Notes under the pieces: model-generated
Told to the model about the DNA's origin: nothing
Database searches by the model: none
The model's input: only the letters and a program-made list of their open reading frames with translations
Part shown: in pieces, positions 39,417 to 52,896 of the stretch
Layout of the letters: each line of letters begins with the position of its first letter
Numbering within the stretch: position 1 is the first letter of the stretch
DNA from: Octopus vulgaris
Lineage: Eukaryota
Direction: 5' to 3'
Assembly: GCA_951406725.2 (NCBI GenBank)
Contig: OX597828.1
Location: 11,532,001 to 11,596,000 of the forward strand
DNA: 64,000 nt
Program-made: the position numbers and the translations under genes

Positions 39417-40049
39417 TATGAAAGAGTTTGTGCTTGTGTGTGTGCGCATGCATATGTGTGTGTGTATGTGCATGCATGCAAGAGCTTATAACAGTATAGG
39501 CTGAGAACCAGAGCATTCAAACAGAAATACCCTGCAATAATGATGTCCAAGTGAGCTTTTCCATATATCAATATCTCTCTTGCATTGCATGCCCAAGAGG
39601 AATAATGAAATAAATATCAGACAAAATAGTCCCCATCAACTAAAACTGCTTAAAGCTTAGCCTTCCAGTATGCCCACTAATAAATGAAACTACCAAAAGA
39701 AGAATAAGGAACAACTAAGGACCAACAAATCATCAACATCATCATCATTTAACATCTACTTTCCACATTCACAGGGGTTGGATGTTTTAAGCAGGGAACT
39801 GGGGAGCTGCAAGGCCATATCAAACTCCAATTTCATCTTTGACATGGCTTCTACAATGGAGATGCCCTTCCTGATGCCAGCCAATTTACAGAGTGTACTG
39901 GGTGCTCTTTTATGTGCCACCAGCACTAATGAGGTTGCCATAGAAATTGCAAGACAGTGAAGAAGAAGAAAACAGGAAAGTGAAATGGGGGGGGGGGTCC
40001 CACCCACTAAGTATAAATATATCTACTGGAATTATTATTATTATTATGA

Positions 40050-40130
40050 TTTAGGTCATTGCCTGGAATCAAACTTGGAATCTTGGGGTTAGTAGCCCAT
40101 GCTCTTAACCACTACACCATATGCCCATGG
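40050..40130 (-). mobile_element. Isolated tRNA-like head of the 29853-30481 SINE family
   Basis: Near-identical to 30097-30172, flanked by (TTA)n/(AAT)n. Confidence 0.75.
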
Positions 40131-40186
40131 AATAATAATAATAATAATAATCATCATCATCATCATTTAACGTCCGCTTTCCATGC

Positions 40187-40234
<48 letters not shown>

Positions 40235-41747
40235 TAATAACAATAATAATAATAATAATAATATATACTAGAAGTATATGAATTTTCAGGATAGCAGTTA
40301 TGATGTTGATAAGTTCTACAATATGGAACCAACTGATATGCAGTGACATTTCTTAAAAAGGAAAGAAAAAGAAAAAATGTTATTGCTTCCTCTTTGGTAT
40401 TATGCTCTTTCAGGAATGGCCCTCTATCTATGTGGTTGCTCAACCAACTATAAATAGCACCTAAACTGTTCTCAAGTATATTGTCTTGAGAAAGAAGGAC
40501 ACTTTGGGTAATGTGGTTTGAAATATGGCAAAAAGAAGGATAGGATAGCAAAAGCTTGAACAGCCCTGATCATGGTCAATTCAATCAGAGCTGAAGTGTT
40601 GTTCCACATGGGTCAGAATAGTAAATCGTTTTTATGAAGAGATAAAGTATTTCAGAAAAACACAGAAAGTCCAAAATTGTATGTAGCAAATGAAAATAAA
40701 AAAACAATCTACAGTCGTTACTCTTTTAATAACTGTTTTAAGTCTCTGGGGGCAAACAGACACAAACACCATCTCAGCCCTACAAAACCTGATCCAGCAG
40801 AGCTGCAATAATGTAAAAGCTAGAAGGATAGACAGCTGTACTAGGGGCTCATCTTTCAGCTGAGTGAACTGGGAGAATGTGGAATAAAATGCCACCGAGT
40901 CTCACAATTGAACCCAAAACGCATGATCATAACCTCAGCAGCCTAACCTCCTGGCCACACCACACACACAAATCAAATGAAAATGTGTGAATATTTCTAT
41001 AGGAGGTTTATAGATAATTACAAAAGGAAGCTAAAACTTGGAAATAAATTCTATAATATTGAAACAGACCTAAATGATAAAATTTCTTAGAAAAACTTCA
41101 CTGTTTTTCTTTAATCTTTACTTGTGCTTACAATAATAATAAAAATAATAATAATGAAGATGATAATAATAACCACAATAACTACTATTACAGTAAGAAA
41201 CTGCCAGCCAAATTTAGGCGAAATGAATTAAACCAAGAGTATTATTGAAAGCTAATAATTATTATATAAATAAAATAGAAAGTAGGTTTGATCTGTCCGG
41301 TGCCAGATTGCAAGGTTCAATTGGAATATTGACAAAATAGCCAAAGCTTGTTTAAATGTTGGCAGCAAGCTCGATATCAGTTAATAGGTAACAGACATGC
41401 TTTTTTCCCAAGAGAAGTACTTCCTTTTAAAATAATCGTATAAAGTGAGAAACTGGGCAAAAGTTCTGTCCGACTGCAAAATGTTAATCCTTGTAGATAT
41501 TAGTACTACCAGTGAGGAGAAATTTCTTAACTGATATATAGTTTAATATATCACCGCTGGAATGATATTCTGAAGTAAGAAGAATATTCCTCATTTATTA
41601 TTTAAATGTGTTGGTATAAGGAATGTAGTCAACGAGTCAGAATTAATAAAATTATCGCATATCCTACAGTGTGTATATCATCATCACCATCATCATCATT
41701 TAATGTCCGTTTCCCATACTGGTATGGGCTGGACAGGGTGACAGGAG

Positions 41748-41819
<72 letters not shown>

Positions 41820-42003
41820 GGAGGGTTTAAGAAAAAAACAAAAAAAAAGACAGGTGGTGTACAAAACAAACAGATGTATTAGTATAACGCTCAGGAATAG
41901 AAAAAGTCTTTTACGTTTCCAGCCTACGCTCTTCTACAGAAAGGGATACAGAAAAAACAAGGAGAGAAAAAAAATTTGTGTAGTGGCTAACGATCTATCA
42001 TAG

Positions 42004-42005
<2 letters not shown>
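41820..42005 (-). mobile_element. (TA)n-embedded repeat, same family as 1-120, degenerate hammerhead-like core
   Basis: Minus strand ctttctgtagaagagcgtaggctggaaacgtaaaagac...actaatacatctgtttgtt..cacctgtc aligns to 1-90(+). Confidence 0.65.
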
Positions 42006-42034
<29 letters not shown>

Positions 42035-42035
42035 T

Positions 42036-42422
42036 TTAAATATTTGTTGTGCAAGATTTTTTATGTGAAGCCGTGTGTTGAAACAGATATTGTTATATTT
42101 CGGAATGGTCATATTGCCAGTTTAGCCAATACACACACTAAATAAACATAGACGCACATAGAGATATAAGCATGCGCAAATGAAGACATACAATAGAAAT
42201 ACAAAATGGCTGACGGTTAGTAAGGAGAAACACAAATAAGAAAGAAGAAAACAAAGGACCACTGATGTGGTCACAGGAGTGTGACGAAAGAACTCTGGCC
42301 GAAATAAGATTAAGATTAATGTAAAAAATAAATAACACTGAAGTAAAATAACACCAAATATATAGTGCATGTGTTTTTATTGGCTAAACTGGCAATATGA
42401 ACATTCCGAAATATAACAATAT
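42036..42422. mobile_element. (TA)n-embedded element with 45-bp inverted arms and an internal hammerhead-like motif
   Basis: Arms 42087-42131 and 42378-42422; CCA-CTGATG-TG-GTCAC..GTGAC-GAAAG-AA-CTC-TGG at 42259-42298. Confidence 0.65.
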
Positions 42423-42470
42423 ATATATATATTATTTATATATATATGTATAATATATAACATATATATA

Positions 42471-42524
<54 letters not shown>

Positions 42525-42666
42525 ATATATATAATATATATATATATAATATAATATAATATATATATATATAATATATAACATATATATAATATATAAC
42601 ATATATATATAATATACATATATATATATAATATAACATATATATAATATCCATATATATATAATA

Positions 42667-42942
42667 TCACGTGACCGACCAGACCATCAGATGTTGTTAC
42701 ACATCGCTGGTCACAATGCGTTCACATTGTTTTAGCCTTCGAATGACGCCACCCCACTGGCTAAGCGAGCAGGCCAACAGAAGAAAGAGTGGTGAAAGAG
42801 TACAGCAGAGATCACCAACCCCTGCCGGAGCGTCGTGGAGCTTTTAGGTGTTTTCGCCCAATAAACACTCACAACGCCTCGAACCCGCGATCCTGCGACC
42901 GCGAGTCCGCTGCCCTAACCACTAGGCCATTGCGCCTTCACA
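42667..42942 (-). mobile_element. CpG-rich tRNA(Arg)-like SINE inserted in (TA)n
   Basis: Minus strand gtgaaggcgcaatggcctagtggttagggcagcggactcgcggtcgcaggatcgcgggttcgagg: A and B boxes, TCG anticodon-like loop; body unlike a tRNA 3' end. Confidence 0.8.
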
Positions 42943-43195
42943 TATATATAATATATAACATATATAATATACACATATATATATATAACATTTATATAAT
43001 ATACATATATATGTATATATATATGTATGTATATATGTATATATAATACATATACCAGCACCTGCACCAGGTTCCCTACTCAGTTTTGGCTTGCTTTTTT
43101 ACAGCTGGATGCCCTTCCAAACAGTAAGCACTTTACAGAGTGTACTGGGTGCTATTCACATGGAATCAGCACCAGTGCTTTAAACATATACTAAT

Positions 43196-43226
<31 letters not shown>

Positions 43227-43708
43227 CATACACACTCACACACACAAATACATGCATGTATATACATGCGTATGTGTATGTGCATATTTCTATACATACA
43301 TATGCCTATTTCTCTCTCTGTCTCTCTTTCTTTGTCTGCCCCCCCCCCCCCCCCCACCACCACACACACACACAGATATCTGTATGTATATATAAACATG
43401 TATGTATGTATATGTATTGAAAAGTTGCTATTTTGAATGAGACAGTATAACAGTTAACCTTTGCTTCAAGCTCCATGTAAATCCATATATGTCCAACCTT
43501 CACTCAGGCATTAAACACAGTGCTTTTCTATGATTATTTTCGTTTGGTATTATATACATTTGAATAGATTACAGAGTGTATATCGAAGATCAGAATAAAA
43601 CTGGAGATTCGGTTATAAAAAACTTTTGTTATTACTAAGATATAATAGTAAACAAATCTCCTGTTTTATTCAGATCCTATATATATACATATATACACAT
43701 ATACACAC

Positions 43709-43741
<33 letters not shown>

Positions 43742-43831
43742 CATATATGAACATACACACATACATATATATATATACATAGATACATACATACATATGT
43801 ATATATACATGTGAATATACATGCACAGACA

Positions 43832-43871
<40 letters not shown>

Positions 43872-43924
43872 ACATATATACATATATATATACATATATA
43901 TATACATACATATACATACATACA

Positions 43925-43958
<34 letters not shown>

Positions 43959-44294
43959 CATACATACATGTATATATACACACATATATACATGCATACA
44001 CATATATATGCAAATATATATATATATAAATATATAAATATATATATATATACACATACACATACATACATACATACATATGATACACACACACATAAAC
44101 TCATAGACATACACATACATAGATGGAGAAGATTTCCAACTGTATGAAACATATGTACTCTCTTACAGGGGCGTTAGTGTCCATCATTACTGTCCGGCTG
44201 AATATGTTTCACTTATCCACACAGAATAAGTTCTTACATTATCTGGCTGCTTCATAGTTAAATATATATTTATATAGGAATAAACCATTTAATA

Positions 44295-44426
44295 TTAGGT
44301 TGTCCCAAAAGTTCGTAAACACTTGCGAAAATTGAATTTTTACTCGCCAAGTGCTAACAAAAATTATTCCTCAAAATAAAGACCATTATTTTCCAAGACT
44401 TTCTACGAACTTTTGGGACAACCTTA
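44295..44426. mobile_element. Tc1/mariner-type MITE
   Basis: TIRs aggttgtcccaaaagttcgta / tacgaacttttgggacaacct with TA on both sides. Confidence 0.85.
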
Positions 44427-44744
44427 TAAATAGCTATGTTTAAGTATGTCAGAAAGTCCTGATACAGTAGTTATGAAGATAAAATCCAAATACATACATA
44501 TATTCTTTTATTCTGTTACCTCTTTCAGTCATTTGACTGTGGCCATGCTGGGGCACCGCTATAAAGGGTTTTAGTCAAAGAAATAAACCCCAAGAATTTC
44601 TTTTTGTAAGCCTAGTGCTTATTCTATCGGCCTCTTTTACTGAATTCCTAGGTTACGGGGACATTAACACAGCAGCATTGGTTGTCAAGTGAAGGCAGGG
44701 GGACAAACAGACACACACTCTCATTATATATATACATATATGTG

Positions 44745-44838
<94 letters not shown>

Positions 44839-44871
44839 ACAGAGCCATGTGTATGTATGCCGCTAAATGCA

Positions 44872-45147
44872 TATAAAAAAGAATACAAAAAAAGGGACAA
44901 AAAAAAAACAATGACGGGTCATTCTGAGTTTTCTATCGTCAGTCAACTTCCAGATTATCTTTGCAGTTTCAGCTGGTTATACTCAACCAACCGAAACTGC
45001 AAAGATAATCTGGAAGTCAACTGACAAAAGAAAACTCCGAATGACCCACCCATCCTTGTTCTTCTTGTTCTTTCTTGTATCATCTGTCTGGATATCTTGT
45101 TGTTGCCTGTTGCATTCTTGTCCCATGTTTTGTATTCTTTTATTAAT
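44872..45147. mobile_element. Fold-back element (core palindrome 44916-45047, 6-nt loop), putative Penelope-like; non-palindromic family member at 38955-39170
   Basis: gggtcattctgagttttct...gcagtttcagctggtt-atactc-aaccaaccgaaactgc...agaaaactccgaatgaccc; outer arms aaagaatacaaaa..gggacaa / ttgtccc..ttttgtattcttt; ends in (TA)n. Confidence 0.7.
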
Positions 45148-46076
45148 ATATATATATATATATATACTTTGGGTTTCTTTCAGTTTCAGACTACTATATC
45201 CCCTCACAGTGGAGGAGTGTGGCTTAGTGATTGGGGAGTTGGACTCATGATCATTAGATTGTCGTTTCAGTTCCTGGACCAGGCGGTGCATTGTGTTCTT
45301 GAGAAAAACACTTCATTTCATGTTGCTCCATTCCACTCAGCTAGCATCAGTGAGTAATCCTGCGATGGACTGGCGCCCTATCCAGGTGGAAAACTTATGT
45401 GCCATGGAAACCAGGAAACCAGCCCTTATGAGTTGGCAGGACTCATACACATACATATATGTGTAGGTATGTCTGCCTGTGTTTGTGTGTACCCTTGTTT
45501 CAACATCACAAGGTGGTTATAAAGGAGTGCTGCCAACATACACATGATTTTGTTCATTTCAAAGTCTGTCTGTAAAAAGCAAGTCTGGCCAGGGTGAAAT
45601 ATTGCCATATTGCCTCATTTGGAAACAGGTGACAAAGGAGGCACCAGAGCACAATGCACTACTTGGACTCCCTGCATCCTGTCAATCTGTCCAACCCATG
45701 CCAACATGGACCATAGATGGTAAATGATTGTGACGATTAAACACACACACACACACGCTCTCTCTCTCATATATATTTTATCATTATTATCATGATCATC
45801 ATCATCATCACTTTAATGCCCACTTTTCCATGCTTGCATGGGTCAGGCAGAGTTTTATTGCGTCTGATTTTCTAGAGCTGGGTGCCCTTCATGTCACCAA
45901 CACTCACCTGTTTCCATGCAAACTAGTGTTTCCCCATAGCTACACATGTTCTCACAGAATATTGAAAATAAATGACACTTTGTATGAGAGTGACACTCAT
46001 CTACAACCATCCTGCAATGTCAACACACACGTACACACTAGCACATACACACTAACACATACATACACACACTAGC

Positions 46077-46108
<32 letters not shown>

Positions 46109-47775
46109 ATACATATATATATGTATACATAGATGCATGATGAACCTCCTTCAGCTTCCATCCACCAAACCCACTCACAAGACTTTGGACCAGGGCTACA
46201 GTAGAAAACGCCGGCCCAAGATACCACACAGTGGAACTGAACCCGAGATCAGATGGTTGAGAGGCAAACTTCTTAACCACACATCCGTACATGCACCTAT
46301 TAACCACACCTGCCCTTATTAACCTCACCTTCCCTAACGTGGTACCAGTATTCAATACACCAGATTAGAAAATATACAATTCCCTAAAGGGATTTTCACT
46401 ACTAATAAATACAATAGAAGAGTGTATAAAATACCAAATTCTTGTCTTTTGCATTTAATGTCTTGTACTTGATTCAGATATTATATTCAATATGCCTAAG
46501 GTCTTGTGTTTAATTTTTAAAGTCTCTAAATGCAAAACTGTGCAGAAATTGATGCATTTAGTGAAATATATTTCATTACATATAATGACATGTTCTTTAA
46601 ATGAGAAATGAAAATTTAGTTAATTATTCATAAAATAACTACAGTTCATTAAAAATAAAATTTAAAAATAAATAATTAAATAAAATAAATACAAAAAAGT
46701 ACTCTGTCTGAGAACGAAAATAATTTAAAGTAAAAATCTGTCTTGATAACCAAAATAATTTGAAACATTAATTTCCCATCAAACTAATTGCTAACTTAAT
46801 AACACTTGATTAGTAAAACAAAACCAAAAAAAAATACAGAAAAATAATATACTCTATTTTAATTAAAACTTACAGTGAAACCAAAACAAAATAAAGCAGA
46901 GTAAAATGAAACAAAGCAACAAAAAAAAAATTGTTTAAAAATATAGCGAAAAAAAAAATATACCAAACAAAAACCAAAAGACCAGAACCGTTTTACTAGT
47001 CACTTAGGTTACTGTATGCATATCAATTAGTTCATTATTGATTACTAGGTTTAGTAGCTATACTTTTAAGTCAAACAAATCCATCAGAGATGCAGTGGCA
47101 GAATAAAAAGAAAACAAATCATGACATCTATGTGAAAACTAAAGCAAGCTTCTTTCTTTACTAGCAATTTCCTCGAGGAAAGAGAAACTTCACTCAAAAA
47201 TAACAGCAATCAATTTATCAATTTTCAAGAGGAAATAAGTATACAATAACACTAAATTGTAGCTTGTACACCTAAAACATTGTTTACAGCTCATTTTATC
47301 ATTATTTAAGTGTTTTGCTTATATTATTTCATTTATTGAATTTATATTCCTATATGTATTTGTTTTTATTTAATTCTTGACTTGAATGTAACATAAATTA
47401 CACTAAGAACAAATAAATAACAGAATAAATAAATAACTGAATAATAAATAAATACATAAAATAAATAAATAAAAGCCAAAAAAATATCATTCTGTTTTTA
47501 AATTTTTGAAAGATAGAAAGAAAGAATGGCAGAGGAAAAAAACCCCTATCAACAAAAGAAAAAATAAACCAATTATCTCAACAAGGATCTAAAAATGAGT
47601 TAATTTTATGAGTCAGCAATATCTTCTGGAGAGGGCTACACTTTACAAAAATTACAACATTCTCCAGCCCTTCGCCTTTCACTTCCCGAAAGATAAAGCA
47701 TTAAACGAGACAAGACTTAATAATATTTCTGTTGAGTGTTTTAAATATTTAACACTTTGTCAACTAAAGAGAGAC

Positions 47776-47815
<40 letters not shown>

Positions 47816-50361
47816 AGAGAGAGAGAGAGTCTAATATGAAAAGGTATGAATTGACTATTCAACTCAACAGATCACAATTCTAGAACAAGTTGCAGACAAC
47901 AGAAAACAATGAGTTCATTTGTTCCCATCTTTGCTGGCAAAGGGTAGATGGTTATTTATTTCTGGGAGCAGTTTTATTGTTGGGTGCTCTTCCTTTTTTT
48001 CCCAACATCTTTGTTTTCAAGTAAAGGATTTTTTGTTCTGTAATTTCTAGAGTGCAGAGCTAAGGGATATGATGTTTACTGGGAATGTAAATGTGATGAA
48101 ACTGCACCAAATTTTTTTCTCAAATCACACCCTACTGATTTCAAAATACAGGGATAAATTGATAATGTGGCCCAACATATGTTGTTTCTGAGAAAAGAGA
48201 CGGAATTACTACAGCTGCGACGCTTTTGTCTATCGGTCTGCTGGGGCTAAGTAACAGCAACATTATTCTGATCCTTTATGAGTGTGAATTTGAGCATGTG
48301 GAGGAGCATGGCTTAGTTGTTAGGGTGTCAGACTCATGATTGTAAGAATAGTGGTTTCGATTCCTGGACCAGGCAATGCGTTGTGTTGTGTTCTTGAGCA
48401 AAACACTTCACTTCACATTGCTCCAGTTCACTCAGCTGTAGAAATGCATACCACTAGCGGAAGCATGTCATTTAGTGGTTAGGTTGTTGGATTCATGACA
48501 GTAAGACTGAGATTTCAATCCCTGGATTGGGTGGTCTGTTGTGTTCTTGAGCAAAATATTCCATTTCATGTTGCTCCAGTCCACTCAGCTGTAGAAGTGA
48601 GTTTAGCCAGCAGCGGGATGGGCTCCACCAGGTTTTCTCACCCTTGATACACTGCATGGCTGCAGTGTCCCAACGACTCCCAAGGAGTTAAGAAACTTGT
48701 CACTGTCACTGAACTTGAGCATGAATCCCACCCCAGTTGAGGACAGACTGTGAAAACTTGAAGTGACACTCCATACACACATGAAGTGCTAAACTATTTC
48801 ACAGAAACATAGTTTCAAGTTATAATTATTGATTAACCCTAGATCAGTCAAGCTAGAGCTGACCTATAATCAAAGATATTCGAGAAAGTGCTAAGAAAAA
48901 TAGATTACAGTTCAGTTGATGACTAGCCTCATTCCTTCCTAGCTTCAGAGATCATAGTTTTACAAGTATGTAATTTAAGCCAGAGGGAGCAACTTGGTAA
49001 AGTTGTTATGGCATCAGACAGAATACCTTACAGTATTCTTTCTGGTTTTTGGTGTTCCAAATTAAAATCTCAGCTTCACCTTAGATTCTTTCAGAACTGA
49101 TAAAGTAAGTACCAACACAGATTAGAAGTTGATTCCTTTTTTTTTTTTTATCTTTTGTCATAAAAAGGAAAAGTTTTTCTCCTAAAACATACACTACAGC
49201 ACCTAGCATATTTTGTGTCTGAACCTGCCTAGACATGTTAAGAATAGTTATGCCAATAGTCATTCCAGATCTCAGTGTATACGGTGCAAATAATGATTTT
49301 TATCAGTTACCAGATATGGCTAACGGGCTTCTGTGCCTGTGGCACGTAAAAGGCACCATTCGAGCGTGATCATTACCAGCTGCTTTTACTGGCAGTGGCA
49401 TGTGAAAAAAACATTTGAGCGAGGCCGTTGCCAGTACCGCCTGACTGGCCACCATGCCAGTGGCACGTAAAAGCACCCACTACACTCTCAGAGTGGTTGG
49501 TGTTAGGAAGGGCATCCGGCTGTAGAAACTCTGCCAGATCAAGATTGGAGCCTGGTGCAGCCATCTGGTTCACCAGTCCTCAGTCATATCATCCAACCCG
49601 TGCTAGCATGGAAAGCAGACGTTAAACAATGATGATGATGATGATGAAGCACGGATCAGCAAAGAATGTGTTCACTGAAAGTATAAACAAAGCCAGCAAC
49701 TTCTGGCTGATGACACACATGATAAAACACCAGTGTCCCAGAATGCCATGCACCAATGAGATGGGTGTGTTAAACACACTGTTGTCATAAAAGGGAAGGT
49801 TACTCTCCTAAGACATGCACAACAGCATCAAGCACATTTTCTATCTGACTCAACTTAAATGTGTTAAGAATAATATATAAATATTTATATTAATTCTTTC
49901 TTTTCTGTTGATGAAATCAGTAAGAAATGGAAAAGGATTGGCTCTTCTTGGTTTAAATACCCAAAAGAAACTGTATATCACAATCATGTTTCTATGATTT
50001 TGTCAAGAGCCAAAGGCTCAAGGAAGGGGGAGATTTAGATGTACGATTAATGCCCGGATTAAACTAATACATTAAGGTTCATAGAGTAATGTCAATTAAT
50101 CATATACCAAGATGAAAAACCATCCATGTCTAAGCATTAACTTCATTTCGCTTCTTATATTTTAGAGACAGCTACACCCTGATTGAGGATTAAGACACCT
50201 CGAATAAATTGATGCTATTCACAGAGATACACAACATGGAATTGAGGATCTACGAAAGGTATTGGGTACCAGAGGTTTCTGGCACAGTATGGTAAAATGC
50301 GTCTCAGTTACAGCTGCAAGAAGAAGTTAAAATAGAGAAAGAGAGGTAGATCGAAACTCAC

Positions 50362-50453
50362 CTTTCATCTGGGCTGGCTAGTTCCATGACAACTTTGGAA
50401 AGATGGCGCTTAGTTAGTTCAGCCGTAGAATCCAACTGGTATTGAATCAAGCT
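50362..50453 (-). CDS. COG1: COG1 internal exon (92 nt, phase 0/2): SLIQYQLDSTAELTKRHLSKVVMELASPDE(R)
   Basis: Acceptor tctttgttctcaag, donor gtgagt; phases match both neighbouring exons. Confidence 0.85.
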
Positions 50454-52865
50454 CTTGAGAACAAAGAATAGGAATTTGGACACTTAAAATTCAATAATTC
50501 AGTGAGTGATATGTAAATTATATATATAGGTAAATTATATATATAGGTATCTAAAAAGTTTAATATTGTATAAAACTGTAAGAAAGAAAAAAGAAAAACT
50601 CTTCAATGCAGGCATGGCTGTGTGATCAAGAAGCATGCTTTGCAACCATGGGGTTTCGGGTTCAAAGCACCTTGGACTGGTGTCCTTTGCTATAGCCACA
50701 GGCTTACGCAATGACTTGTGAGTGAATTTGGTAGGTACACCACATTTATTTAGATGGACTGAGTCACCAAAAAAATCAATGAATTCTGATCAACCTTGGA
50801 ACAGAAGCTTTCTGAAAAACAATACTTTTTAACTGCATAACTATGCCTCATCATACTCATGGGCAAAGTAGAAACAAAAGTACATTTGACACATTTCTGT
50901 TTGTGTTTGTGTATATATGTATGTATGTATACACACACACATGTATATAACATACAGAGTCATTCTAATTTAGTCCAATATAATTAGACTAAATACATAT
51001 TTCAATATCTAGAGAAATTTCTTACTTAAACAAAATAACAGAAAAAACAAAATTGAGACAAACAGCTACACAGCTTTATTTGTTTCCTTCAGTCTTATAT
51101 ATTTATATAGTTCTATTGCAATCACAGGCTATTTTATAAAGCATCTACTTCAAATGAAAACAGTGGATAAACTAAGAGGAATTAGTTGGCATAAAAGTAT
51201 CAGCCAGGATTCTGTCCAAACAGCATAAAGAATGCCAAAAGTGACATCAAGTGAAACTGACTGTAAGAGGAATATCTCTACAATTCCACGTCCTAGTATA
51301 GAAACAAAACCTTTCTAAGCTAAAACATATTTATGATGAAGTTATTTCAGCATTTTTCATATTTCACACGATGTCCATGAATTTTGGACTGGGACCAATT
51401 TTTCAATGGTATATTGATACATGTGTCAAATTAATCTTACTGAAACTGATACACATTCTACAATGGATTTTATCAGAGAGATCAGCTGGGTTTTCTGGCC
51501 TTTTTACCAGCTTTTCCCAAATAGGTTTATCATTGTCAGTAACTGATGAAATCTTTTATTAAGCTTTCATACCAAAATGATATGCAGTAACATTGCACCT
51601 AAAATACATTTGGAGCAACAGAAAAGAATTCTAACTGAACTGGCCTCTATCCAATCCTTAGTCATTCTATTAAGCGCTATCATTAAAATCCACTACAGGT
51701 CAGCTTCTGTCTAAATCTACCGACATGTCAGTTGGTGTCAAAGTGTTGTAAATGAGATTAACTCTTTGAAATGGCTCCAATCACTTGAACTTGCTTGTTC
51801 AACTTTCACTCCTTTCAGCAGAAAATTTCAGCTATTTTCATACTCTTTGACTAATGTTTTACTTATATTCCACAAGAAATTTCCACCCCTGTCGAAATAT
51901 ATTTTAGTTAAACTAAAAACATCTCACTTAACTTTCCATCATCACCACCACCACCAACTCTACCACTGCCATTATTGATATTTCATAGCTGGTTTTTTTT
52001 TTATGCTAGCATGTGTTGGGTGAGTCATCACAGTTTGAGACTGTTCTTATCCAGACTTGGACTGGTGAGGGAGCCACATGTCACTTGTATGGTTTCATTT
52101 TTAGTTTGTTTTCTGCAGCTGGATACCCTTGTTATCATCAACCACTTTTCAGATTGTTCTGCATGTATGTATCCAATGATGGCACCTGCACTAAAGACTT
52201 TTTAAATGCCCTCAACAAGACATAAAGGTTCTCTCAAGCCAATGCCAACTCTACTCAAAACCTTTAGAGGGTCAATCAACTTACAAGAATAGCAGGAAAA
52301 ATCTCTCGAAAAGAATATAAATACACACAATTGTTTCATAAAATTAATGTATTTATCTCTAAGCACATTGCACAAGATATTCATAAACAGAGTGCCTGTT
52401 ATATATACACACACACACATATATTTATATATATATCATCATCATTCATCATCGTTTAACGTCCGCTTTCCATGCTGGCATGGGTTGGATGGTTTGAATG
52501 AGGACTGGCGAGCCAGATGGCTACGCCAGGCTCCAATCTTGATCTAGCAGAGTTTCTACAGCTGGATGCCCTTCCTAATGTCAACCACTCTGAGAGTGGG
52601 TGCTTTTACATGCCACCAGCACAAAGGCCAGTCAGGTGGTACTGGTGACAGCCACACTCAAATGGTATTTTTTATGTGCCACCTGCACAGGAGCCAGTCC
52701 AGTGGCACTGGCAACGACCTTGCTCGAATGTTGTTTTTCACGTGCCACCAACACACATGTCAGTTAGATGACGCCGGTAACAATTATGCTCAAATGGTGT
52801 TTTTTATGTGCCACCGGTATGGGAGCCACTCAGCGGCCCTGGCAATGATCACACTCGGATGGTGC

Positions 52866-52896
<31 letters not shown>

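Noticed and set aside
42870-42942. tRNA-Arg gene (and other tRNA-like heads)
   Set aside because: No complete T-arm or acceptor stem; continues into a SINE body.
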